Below, piece after piece: positions 41,256 to 49,894 of a stretch of DNA of 52,245 nt. The notes under the pieces were generated by a model. That model saw nothing but the letters and a program-made list of their open reading frames with translations, made no database searches and was not told where the DNA came from. Origin of the DNA: Christensenellales bacterium (GTDB taxonomy: Bacteria; Bacillota; Clostridia; Christensenellales; CAG-138); the NCBI GenBank assembly GCA_045224495.1, contig JBGVAK010000086.1:1-52245 (forward strand), given 5' to 3'. Position numbers and translations under genes: made by a program. Each line of letters starts with the position of its first letter. Positions within the stretch are counted from its first letter, which is position 1.

Positions 41256-43049
41256 TTAGTCTTCCAGGTCCTTGAACGAGATATGCAGCTCATCCAGCTG
41301 CTTCTGCTCCACGGGATAGGGCGCGCCGGTCAGCGGATCGGAGGCGTTCTGCACCTTGGGGAAGGCGATCACGTCGCGGATGCTGCTGGCGCCGCAGATC
41401 AGCATGGCCAACCGATCGAGGCCATAGGCCAGTCCGCCGTGAGGCGGCGTGCCGTACTTGAAGGCGTTGAGCAGGAAGCCAAAGCGCTGCTGGGCCGCCT
41501 CCTCGGTGAATCCAAGAGCCTTGAACATCCGCTTTTGAAGCTCTGCAGAATGGATACGGATGCTGCCGCCGCCGATCTCGTTGCCGTTGAGCACGATATC
41601 GTAGGCCTTGGCCCGGACCGCGCCGGGATCGGTCTCGATGAGATCCAGGTCCTCGTCCATGGGGCTGGTGAAGGGATGGTGCATGGCCATGAACCGGCCC
41701 TCCTCCTCGCTCCACTCGAATTGGGGGAACTCCACCACCCACAGCAGGGCATAAGTGTTCTCGGGGATCAGGTTCAGCTTGTTGGCCACCTTGAGACGCA
41801 GGGCGCCCAGGGATGCCCAGACCACGCTATTTTGGTCCGCCACGATGAACAGCAGGTCGCCCTTCTCGAAGTCGGCCTTCTTCTCGATGGCCGCCACCTC
41901 CTCCCCGGAGAGGAACTTCAAAATGGGGCTCTGGATGCCCTCGTCCTTGTAGTTCATCCAGGCGAGGCCCTTGGCCTTGTAGGTCTTGACGAACTCGCCC
42001 TCGGCGTCGATCTCCTTGCGGGAATAGTGATGGGAACCGCCCTTCACATTGATGCAGCGGACGGAGCCGCCGTTCTTCACCGCGTTCGCGAACACGGAGA
42101 AGCCGCTGTCCTTCACGATATCCGTCAGGTCGACGAGCTCCATGCCGAAGCGCACGTCGGGCTTGTCGGAGCCGTAGCGGTTCATAGCGTCGATCCACTT
42201 GATCCGGGGCAGAGGGTTCGGGATGTCCACGTTCAGGCACTCCTTGAAGACCCGACGAAGGAAGCCCTCGTTCATAGCCATGACGTCGTCCTCCTCCACG
42301 AAGGACATCTCAAGGTCGATCTGCGTGAAGTCGGGCTGCCGGTCAGCACGAAGGTCCTCGTCCCGGAAGCAGCGGGCGATCTGCATGTACCGATCGAAGC
42401 CGGAGACCATGAGCATCTGCTTGAAGAGCTGAGGGCTCTGGGGCAGGGCGTAGAAGCTGCCCGGATGGACCCGGGAAGGCACCAGATAGTCCCGGGCGCC
42501 CTCGGGGGTGCTGCCGGTCAAAACCGGGGTCTCGATCTCCACGAAGCCGTTCTCCGCAAAGTATTCCCGGGTGATGTGGGCGATCTTGTGGCGCATCATC
42601 AGATTCTGCTGCATGATGGGCCGGCGAAGGTCCAGATACCGGTATTTGAGCCGCAGGAGCTCACCGGCGTTAGTGTCATCGCTGACCTCGAAGGGCGGCG
42701 TCTCGCTGACGGACAGGATCTTGAAGTCCTTGACCTTAACCTCCACCTCGCCGGTCTTCATCTTGGGGTTCACCATGTTGCCGGTCCGCGCTTCCAAGGT
42801 GCCCCGGACGGCCAGCACGTACTCCGAACGGATGGTGGACGCTCGGTCATAGTCCTCCGCACTCAGGGTGCTGCTGTCGAACACCACCTGCATGAGGCCG
42901 GACCGGTCCCTGAGCTGGACGAAGATCAGCGCGCCCAGATCGCGGCGCACGTTGCACCAGCCCATCAGCGTCACTTCCCTGCCCACGTCTGCTTTCGAAA
43001 GCTCCGTGCAATAGCAGGTGCGTTTCCATCCCTGCAGCAATTCACTCAT
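41256..43049 (-). CDS. aspS: Aspartate--tRNA ligase
   Basis: Class IIb motifs FRDEDLRADRQPDFTQID and GGGSIRIH, with a GAD insertion domain. Confidence 0.95.
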   Translation of the reverse strand: MSELLQGWKRTCYCTELSKADVGREVTLMGWCNVRRDLGALIFVQLRDRSGLMQVVFDSSTLSAEDYDRASTIRSEYVLAVRGTLEARTGNMVNPKMKTGEVEVKVKDFKILSVSETPPFEVSDDTNAGELLRLKYRYLDLRRPIMQQNLMMRHKIAHITREYFAENGFVEIETPVLTGSTPEGARDYLVPSRVHPGSFYALPQSPQLFKQMLMVSGFDRYMQIARCFRDEDLRADRQPDFTQIDLEMSFVEEDDVMAMNEGFLRRVFKECLNVDIPNPLPRIKWIDAMNRYGSDKPDVRFGMELVDLTDIVKDSGFSVFANAVKNGGSVRCINVKGGSHHYSRKEIDAEGEFVKTYKAKGLAWMNYKDEGIQSPILKFLSGEEVAAIEKKADFEKGDLLFIVADQNSVVWASLGALRLKVANKLNLIPENTYALLWVVEFPQFEWSEEEGRFMAMHHPFTSPMDEDLDLIETDPGAVRAKAYDIVLNGNEIGGGSIRIHSAELQKRMFKALGFTEEAAQQRFGFLLNAFKYGTPPHGGLAYGLDRLAMLICGASSIRDVIAFPKVQNASDPLTGAPYPVEQKQLDELHISFKDLED

Positions 43050-44316
43050 GACTATTGCCTCCTATCGTTTCTGCAATATCCTTGGCCGTGAGAGCGACCT
43101 CGATCTGCTCCCCGGTTTCCATCTTCTTGATATTTCCTCTGCCGGCGTCCAGCTCGCTTTCGCCGATGACCAGCACGTGCTTCGCTTCGGTCTTGCCGGC
43201 ATACTTGAAGTTGGCCTTGACGCTGCGGCCCACGTGGTCCGTATCGGCGGAGAATCCCAGCTTGCGAAGGCCGTTCACCAGCTCGAAAGCCTTCTGCCGT
43301 TCCGCGTCGCCCATGCCGAAGATGAGCACGTCCACAGGCTGAGGCTTGGGGATCTCCACGCCCAGCTGATCGAGATACAGCAGCAGCCGCTCGACACCCA
43401 GGCCAAAGCCCACTGCAGCCACCTCGGGACCGCCAATCTGCTTCACCAGGCCGTCGTACCGGCCCCCGCCGCAGAGGGTCCCCTGGGCGCCCGCCGCGCC
43501 GGAGACGATCTCGAACACGGTGCGTGTGTAGTAATCGAGGCCACGTACCAGCATGGGATCCATCTCATAGGGGATGCCGATGGCGTCCAGATACCCCCGG
43601 AGCTTGTCCATATGGGCCTTGCACTCGTCGCATACGTAGTCCATGGTGTGGGGCGCGTTGGCGTTGATCTTCTTGCAGCTCTCCACCTTGCAGTCCAAGA
43701 CCCGCAGGGGGTTCTTTTCCAGCCGCACCTGGCAGTCCTCGCAGAGCTCGTCCTTGTGTTCAGCCAAATATGCCTTCAGGGCAGCCTGGTATCGATCCCG
43801 ACACTGGGGACAGCCGATGGAGTTGAGCTTTACGGCGAGATCCCGGGCGCCCATGGCGGTGAAGATATCCCAGGCCATGGAGATGACCTCTGCGTCCGCG
43901 CTGGGCTCGGGGGCCCCGAAGCACTCCACGCCGAATTGGTGATGCTCCCTAAGCCGCCCAGCCTGGGGCCGCTCGTAGCGGAACACGGGGCAGTTGAGAT
44001 AATAGACCTTCATAGGCATGGCCTCCGCGAAGAGCCCGTGCTCCACGAACATGCGCACGGTCCCTGCCGTGCCCTCGGGCTTCAGCGTGATGCTGCGGCC
44101 GCCCTTGTCGTTGAAGGTATACATTTCCTTTTGCACCACGTCCGTGGTGTCGCCCACGGAGCGCAAAAACAGCTCCGTGTGCTCGATGACCGGGGTGCGG
44201 ATCTCCTTGAAACCGTAGCGGGCGGTGGTGCGGCGGATCAGATCCTCCACGTACTGCCAGCGATAGCTCTCCGCCGGAGTAACGTCCCGGGTCCCTTTTG
44301 GTGCCTGATATGCCAT
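43042..44316 (-). CDS. hisS: Histidine--tRNA ligase
   Basis: MAYQAPKGTRD, FRYERPQAGRLREHHQ and GGGRYDGL. SD AGGAGGA. Confidence 0.95.
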   Translation of the reverse strand: MAYQAPKGTRDVTPAESYRWQYVEDLIRRTTARYGFKEIRTPVIEHTELFLRSVGDTTDVVQKEMYTFNDKGGRSITLKPEGTAGTVRMFVEHGLFAEAMPMKVYYLNCPVFRYERPQAGRLREHHQFGVECFGAPEPSADAEVISMAWDIFTAMGARDLAVKLNSIGCPQCRDRYQAALKAYLAEHKDELCEDCQVRLEKNPLRVLDCKVESCKKINANAPHTMDYVCDECKAHMDKLRGYLDAIGIPYEMDPMLVRGLDYYTRTVFEIVSGAAGAQGTLCGGGRYDGLVKQIGGPEVAAVGFGLGVERLLLYLDQLGVEIPKPQPVDVLIFGMGDAERQKAFELVNGLRKLGFSADTDHVGRSVKANFKYAGKTEAKHVLVIGESELDAGRGNIKKMETGEQIEVALTAKDIAETIGGNSHE

Positions 44317-44554
44317 AGTTAAATCCTCCTGTATGAAAAAGCGGCCCCGTCTCCATGCGAGGGACGGAAGACCGCGGTGCCACCCTGATTAAGCGAAAAC
44401 GCTTCACTCTTGTTCCTAACGCGAACTGCACGGCGGGCCATTTCCTGCCCGCGGCTCCCGGGTGTCCTTCCAAACGCCTTCTCCGTTCGGCTCCCACCGT
44501 CCCGAACTCGCTTGTGGATGTATCCTGCGTCTGTACTCTCCCGTTCGCAGCCTT
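44317..44554 (-). promoter_or_regulatory. T-box leader (tRNA-sensing transcription attenuator) of the hisS-aspS operon
   Basis: Minus strand shows GGGAGAGTA (S-turn element), stem III GAAGCG-tttt-CGCTT, the T-box AATCAGGGTGGCACCGCGG (44390-44372), and the terminator GCGG..CCGTC-loop-GACGG..CCGC-TTTTT (44375-44336). Confidence 0.85.
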
Positions 44555-44560
44555 TGCTGT

Positions 44561-44589
44561 AGTATACCCGCCTTTTCAGCGCTTGTCAA
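44561..44589 (-). promoter_or_regulatory. Sigma-A-type promoter of the T-box leader
   Basis: Minus strand reads TTGACA (44589-44584), N17, TATACT (44566-44561). The -35 overlaps the hemZ stop codon. Confidence 0.7.
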
Positions 44590-46019
44590 TCTAAAAACAA
44601 TCGTTTTTTCTCTGCGAACAGCTTCTCCTGCTTCTCCTGCCAGGTGGGCACGTCCTTGGGGCTGGGCAGCCGCTCCACCCTCTCCCCCACGCCGTAGACC
44701 CGCTTGGTCATGGCTCCGGCCCCGTGAGAAAGGATGCTGACGGTCTCCTCCATCATGTCGATGTTGTAGATGCACTCCGTGCCGGGCTTCGCATACCCCA
44801 CGTTCTCCAGATTCCCCTGCATGTACTTCTGCCGGTACATGTAATAGGGCTTCATGCCCAGCTCCCGGGCCGCTTCGCCGCCCAGGCGCACCATCTCCTC
44901 CACCGCTGTCCCGTCAGGCAAGGGGTATTCCTCCAGCCGTGCTTTCAAGCGGGAGGAATGCTTGATAGCCAGGGTGTGGACCGTCAGGTTCTCGGGGTCG
45001 AAGGCTTTGACTGCCTCCAAGGTACGGGCAAAGTCCTCCACACCCTCCCCCGGGAGCCCGGCGATCAGGTCCATGTTGATGCAATCGAAGCCCTCCTGCC
45101 GCGCCAGCTCGAAGGAAGATGCGATATCCGCCGCCGTGTGGAAGCGGCCGATGGCCTGGAGGGTCCTATCGTTCATGGTCTGGGGGTTGATGCTGATGCG
45201 GGTGACGCCCCTGTCCTTCAGCACCCGAAGTTTCTCCCTGGTGATGGTGTCGGGCCGCCCCGCCTCCACGGTGAACTCGTGGCCCGTGACGCCGTAGGCT
45301 TCGTCGAGAGCCGATAGCACCCGATCCAGCTCCGACGCGGACAGGACCGTGGGCGTGCCGCCGCCGAAGTAAAAGGTGCGGACCTGGAACCCCGCCTCTT
45401 TGAGGAGCTCGGCGCCCTTCTGAATGTCAAAAATGAGGTGGTCCGCATAGTCGCTCAGCACCCCTTCCTTCTTCGCCACCTCCGCTCCGAAGGAGCAGTA
45501 GAGGCACCGGCTGCGGCAGAAGGGGATGTGCAGGTAGACGGAGGCACTTTTGGGGGATACGGACTCGATATGGGACCGCTGCACGGCGGTGATCTCCTCC
45601 ACCAGGGCCTGCTTTTCGGGGGAAACCGTGAACAGTTCCCGGAAGGAGCGCCTGGCCTCCGCCTCCCCCTGCCTTCCCGCGATCTCCCGAAAGAGCTTGG
45701 TGGGCCGTATGCCCGTCAGGGACCCCCAGGGGGTGGCTACGGGATATAGCTCCTGCATGACCTGGTAGACACACAGCTTCAACGCCCGCTTCTGCTGCCG
45801 CTTCACGTCCAGAGCGTCCAGGCCCGCCTGGACCGGGACGATCCTTTCCACGTGCTGAGGCATGGCGAGGCACTTGGCTTCCCCCTGATAGAGGACGACG
45901 AACAGCTTCAGCTCCGCTTCCGGCGCATAAGGAAGGATGTCCGTCTGTCCCAAAAACAGGCGGACCTCCTCGGTCATGTCGTTGAAAAAGCCCCTGGCGT
46001 TGGTGATCAGCTGAACCAT
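44586..46019 (-). CDS. hemZ: Radical SAM protein, HemZ/HemN-like (oxygen-independent coproporphyrinogen oxidase family)
   Basis: CRSRCLYC (CxxxCxxC) and GGGTPT. Confidence 0.8.
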   Translation of the reverse strand: MVQLITNARGFFNDMTEEVRLFLGQTDILPYAPEAELKLFVVLYQGEAKCLAMPQHVERIVPVQAGLDALDVKRQQKRALKLCVYQVMQELYPVATPWGSLTGIRPTKLFREIAGRQGEAEARRSFRELFTVSPEKQALVEEITAVQRSHIESVSPKSASVYLHIPFCRSRCLYCSFGAEVAKKEGVLSDYADHLIFDIQKGAELLKEAGFQVRTFYFGGGTPTVLSASELDRVLSALDEAYGVTGHEFTVEAGRPDTITREKLRVLKDRGVTRISINPQTMNDRTLQAIGRFHTAADIASSFELARQEGFDCINMDLIAGLPGEGVEDFARTLEAVKAFDPENLTVHTLAIKHSSRLKARLEEYPLPDGTAVEEMVRLGGEAARELGMKPYYMYRQKYMQGNLENVGYAKPGTECIYNIDMMEETVSILSHGAGAMTKRVYGVGERVERLPSPKDVPTWQEKQEKLFAEKKRLFLD

Positions 46020-46645
46020 GGATGATCCCGATAGGCGTTCATGGGGTTGAACTGCTTCTCATGCTCGATGGTGGTGCTCTCCTCGTGGCCAGGGTACACT
46101 GTGTACCCGTCCAGAGCGTACAGCTTGTGGAACAGGGAGTCCATGAGCTCCCGGATGTCACCGCCCAGGTCCGTCCGTCCCACGCTCTCGCAGAAAAGGG
46201 TATCGCCGGTGAAGACGGTCTTTTCCCCGTCCACGGCGTAGCACACCCCGCCTTTGGTGTGTCCCGGGGTCTCCAGCACCCTGAAGGTGAGCCCGCCCGC
46301 TTCGATTATGTCGCCTTCGCGGACGAACATGTCCACCGCGCAGGGCTTGAGCCCGTAACTCATAGCGGAAAAGTAGGCGGGACGGCCTGCGGCCATGTCA
46401 GCGTCCGCCTCATGGAGGTACACTCTGGCCCCTGTCTTTTCCTTCAGATCCGCCACGCCCCACACATGGTCGAAGTGGCCATGGGTCAACAGTACATGGG
46501 TGCAGACGAGCCCCTCCCGCTGGAGCCGATCGTATATCAAGCCGGCGTCCGCCGGGTCGATGACGGCGCAGGTGGGGCTCCCTTCCCGGCGCACGATATA
46601 GGAATTGGCCATGACGGGGCCACAGGGGATGGTGATGATCTCCAT
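46007..46645 (-). CDS. MBL-fold metallohydrolase (glyoxalase II-like)
   Basis: THGHFDH motif. SD AAGGAG. Confidence 0.8.
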   Translation of the reverse strand: MEIITIPCGPVMANSYIVRREGSPTCAVIDPADAGLIYDRLQREGLVCTHVLLTHGHFDHVWGVADLKEKTGARVYLHEADADMAAGRPAYFSAMSYGLKPCAVDMFVREGDIIEAGGLTFRVLETPGHTKGGVCYAVDGEKTVFTGDTLFCESVGRTDLGGDIRELMDSLFHKLYALDGYTVYPGHEESTTIEHEKQFNPMNAYRDHPWFS

Positions 46646-46647
46646 GG

Positions 46648-47097
46648 CTAAAACTCCTTTTTGCTGTTCAGCAGGATGGTGAAGGGACCGTCGTTGATAA
46701 GGGACACCTGCATGTCCGCCATAAAGGTGCCGCTTTCCACGGGCACGCCGCCCTCCCGCATATAGGCCTTGACGGTCTCGAAGAGGGGTTTAGCCTTCTC
46801 GGGCCGCTCAGCGTTGATGTAGCTGGGCCGGCGGCCGTGGCGGGCGTCCCCGGAAAGGGTGAACTGGCTGACGGCCAAAATGCTGCCGCCCATATCGCCC
46901 ACAGACAGGTTGGGGACCCCGTTCTCATCGTCGAAGACGCGCAGGCCCACGCACTTGTCGGCGATATACCGGGCGTCCTTCTCCGTGTCCCCCACCTCCA
47001 CGCCGATGAGGACCATAAGGCCCTTGTCGATGGACGCGGTGAGTTCGCCTCCGATGGAGACGGACGAGCTGAGCACTCGCTGTACGACGGCGCGCAT
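46648..47097 (-). CDS. dtd: D-aminoacyl-tRNA deacylase
   Basis: MRAVVQRV...SQFTL...GRRP pattern, 149 aa. Confidence 0.9.
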   Translation of the reverse strand: MRAVVQRVLSSSVSIGGELTASIDKGLMVLIGVEVGDTEKDARYIADKCVGLRVFDDENGVPNLSVGDMGGSILAVSQFTLSGDARHGRRPSYINAERPEKAKPLFETVKAYMREGGVPVESGTFMADMQVSLINDGPFTILLNSKKEF

Positions 47098-47100
47098 AGT

Positions 47101-49305
47101 TTACCTCCCGTTGACCCGTCTCACTTCGATGACGGATTTAAGCTTTCGTAAGTTGGCCATGATGTGGTTCAGCTCGTCGGTATCCGAGACCACGAAGGTC
47201 ACCAACATGGTGGCCACGCCGTCGGCGGTGGTCTGAGCCTTCATGTCCGAGATATACACGTTCATGGTGGTGAGCAGTCGGCTGATCTCCAGCAGGGAGC
47301 CGGTCTTGTCCACCACATGGATGAACACGGTGGCGGAGAACTCCTCCGCGGAAGAGCTGGCCCATTCCACGGGCACGAATCGCTCCGGTTCCTGATAGAG
47401 GCGAGCCATGTTCCGGCAGTCCGCCCGATGGATGGACACGCCCCGTCCCCGGGTGATGTAGCCCACGATCTTGTCCCCCGGCAGAGGGTTGCAGCAGTTG
47501 CTGAAGTGGACGGACATGCCCGGGTCCCCTGCCACGATGATGCCGTTGGTGGGCTTGGCTTTGCCCTGGTTGGTGGGCCTGTGGGGCGTGGAAGGGGTCA
47601 GGGTGGCGTTCTGCAACCGCTCCTGCATCTCCTCCAGCTTGTCCGCCTTCCGCTTCATGTCCATGAGCCGATGGATCACCTGCCCGGAGGAGATGCCGCC
47701 GTAACCGATGGCGGAATACAGCTCGTCCAGGGAGGGCAGCGTCAGCTTTTTGAGAATGTCGTTGTAGAACTCCGGCTTCATCAGGGAGGCGATGTCCACG
47801 GCCTGGCGCTTGGCGGCGTCCTCCAGCATCTCCCGTCCCTTTTGGATGTTCTCCTCCCGGTTGGCCTTCTTGAACCACTGCTTGATCCGGTTCTTGGCGG
47901 ATTGGGTCTTGACGATGTTCAGCCAGTCCCGACTGGGCCCGGCCTGGGTGTTGGAGGTGATGATCTCCACCACGTCGTTGGTTTTGAGGATATAATCGAG
48001 GCGCACCATATTCCCGTTGACCCGGGCGTGCTGGGTATGGTGTCCCACGTTGGTATGGATGCGGTAGGCAAAATCGAGGGGCGTGCTGCCGATGGGCAGG
48101 TCCAAGATCTCACCCTTAGGCGTCAGCACGTAGACGTACTCGCCCAGGTAGTCCTTCACCACGTTTTCGGCGAACTCGGAGTTGTCCTCGCTGTCGTCCT
48201 TGGCCTCCTCCACCACCTGCCTGAGCCAGCTGGTGCGCTTGTCGAGCTCCGTCTGGACCGTCCGCCCCTCCTTGTACATCCAATGGGCGGCCACGCCGTA
48301 TTCCGCCGTCTCGTGCATCTCATGGGTGCGGATCTGCACCTCGAAGGGGATGCCGTTCTTGTTCATGAGCGTGGTGTGCAGCGACCGGTACAGGTTGGGT
48401 TTGGGCATGGCGATATAGTCCTTGAACCGGCCCGGCAGAGGTTTCCACTCCGCATGGATGATGCCCAAAGCAGCGTAGCAGTCGTTCACGGTGTTCACAA
48501 TGACCCGGATGGCGATCAGGTCGTATATCTCGCTGATGCTGGCGTTGTTGCGCTGCATCTTGCGATAGGTGGAATAGAGGTGCTTGGGGCGGCCGGAAAG
48601 CTCCGCGTCGATGCCCGCCTCCTTCATGAGCTCCTTCATACGCTCCATGGCGGTGCCCAGGAGCTTCAATCGTTCCTCCTGCTGCCGGGAGACCAGGCTC
48701 CGGATGCGCTCGTACTCCTCCGGCATCAGGTACTTGAAGGACAGGTCCTCAAGCTCGCTCCGCAGGACGCCGATGCCGAACCGGTGGGCAAGAGGCGTGT
48801 AGACCTCCAGCGTCTCCTTGGCCTTGCGGATCTGTTTCTCCCGGGTACAATACTCCAGAGTGTGCATGTTGTGCAGCCGATCAGCGAGCTTTATGATGAC
48901 CACCCGTACGTCGTCGGCGATGGCCAGGAAGAGTTTGGTCAGATTCTCGTTCTGTTCCTGCTTCTTGGTGACGTATTCCTTCTGTCCGGACCGGGTCAGC
49001 TTGGTGACGCCGTCCACCAGGTGAGCTACTTCCGGGGAGAATCGCTTGGCGATCTCGTCCACGGTGATGCCCTTGCCGTCCTCCACCGTGTCGTGCAGCA
49101 CCCCCGCGATGACCGTAGCGGCATCCATGCCCATATCCAGCAGATACTCGGCCACTGCCAAGGGGTGGATGATGTAGGGTTCACCGGACTCCCGCTTCTG
49201 CTCCCCATGGACAGCGGAAGCAAAGGCCACGGCGTCCTCCATGGTCTTTCCCTTCTCCGGGCCGAATTTGGCGCTGAATTTTTGAAGCAGTTCTTCCTTT
49301 GCCAT
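47101..49305 (-). CDS. relA: Bifunctional (p)ppGpp synthetase/hydrolase (RelA/SpoT homologue)
   Basis: HD domain (HPLAV...LHDTVED), synthetase domain (YRSLHTT), TGS and ACT domains. ATG 49305 was chosen by homology; it has no clear SD. Confidence 0.9.
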   Translation of the reverse strand: MAKEELLQKFSAKFGPEKGKTMEDAVAFASAVHGEQKRESGEPYIIHPLAVAEYLLDMGMDAATVIAGVLHDTVEDGKGITVDEIAKRFSPEVAHLVDGVTKLTRSGQKEYVTKKQEQNENLTKLFLAIADDVRVVIIKLADRLHNMHTLEYCTREKQIRKAKETLEVYTPLAHRFGIGVLRSELEDLSFKYLMPEEYERIRSLVSRQQEERLKLLGTAMERMKELMKEAGIDAELSGRPKHLYSTYRKMQRNNASISEIYDLIAIRVIVNTVNDCYAALGIIHAEWKPLPGRFKDYIAMPKPNLYRSLHTTLMNKNGIPFEVQIRTHEMHETAEYGVAAHWMYKEGRTVQTELDKRTSWLRQVVEEAKDDSEDNSEFAENVVKDYLGEYVYVLTPKGEILDLPIGSTPLDFAYRIHTNVGHHTQHARVNGNMVRLDYILKTNDVVEIITSNTQAGPSRDWLNIVKTQSAKNRIKQWFKKANREENIQKGREMLEDAAKRQAVDIASLMKPEFYNDILKKLTLPSLDELYSAIGYGGISSGQVIHRLMDMKRKADKLEEMQERLQNATLTPSTPHRPTNQGKAKPTNGIIVAGDPGMSVHFSNCCNPLPGDKIVGYITRGRGVSIHRADCRNMARLYQEPERFVPVEWASSSAEEFSATVFIHVVDKTGSLLEISRLLTTMNVYISDMKAQTTADGVATMLVTFVVSDTDELNHIMANLRKLKSVIEVRRVNGR

Positions 49306-49360
49306 GTTGCCGAAAAGGGGATCAACGCTGCCGCTGATCCCGATCAAATTCCTTGTTGTT

Positions 49361-49873
49361 TTAGTACTGAATAATGGTGCCGACCTCATATTCCTTTAGG
49401 GTATCGCGGCCGGGCAGGTCCGTCAGCTCGATGCCGAAACAGCAGGCCGCCACCACGCCGCCGGCCTTCTCGCAGAGCTTCGCGCAGGCAAGGGCCGTAC
49501 CGCCGGTAGCCAAGAGGTCGTCCACCACGGCCACCCGCTGGCCGGGCTTGATGGAGTCCACATGCATATGGATCTCATCGGTGCCGTACTCCAGCGCGTA
49601 CTGATAGCTCACGGTGGTGTAGGGAAGCTTGCCGGGCTTGCGGGCCAGCACCATACCCACGTTCAAAGCGTAGGCTACGGCCGCGCTGAAAACGAAGCCA
49701 CGGGCCTCCGGTGCCATGACGAGGTCGACATTCTTATCCCGCAAGAAGTCCGCCATCCGATCCACGGCCTCGTGGAAAGCGTCCTTGTTCTCCAGCAAGG
49801 GGGTGATATCCCGATAGAGGATGCCTTTCTTGGGAAAATCGGGAATGGACCGAACGTAATCCTTGAGTTCCAT
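49361..49873 (-). CDS. apt: Adenine phosphoribosyltransferase
   Basis: VAVVDDLLATGGT PRPP motif. SD AAGGAGG. Confidence 0.9.
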   Translation of the reverse strand: MELKDYVRSIPDFPKKGILYRDITPLLENKDAFHEAVDRMADFLRDKNVDLVMAPEARGFVFSAAVAYALNVGMVLARKPGKLPYTTVSYQYALEYGTDEIHMHVDSIKPGQRVAVVDDLLATGGTALACAKLCEKAGGVVAACCFGIELTDLPGRDTLKEYEVGTIIQY

Positions 49874-49894
49874 GTTGTACCTCCTTAAAGGCTG

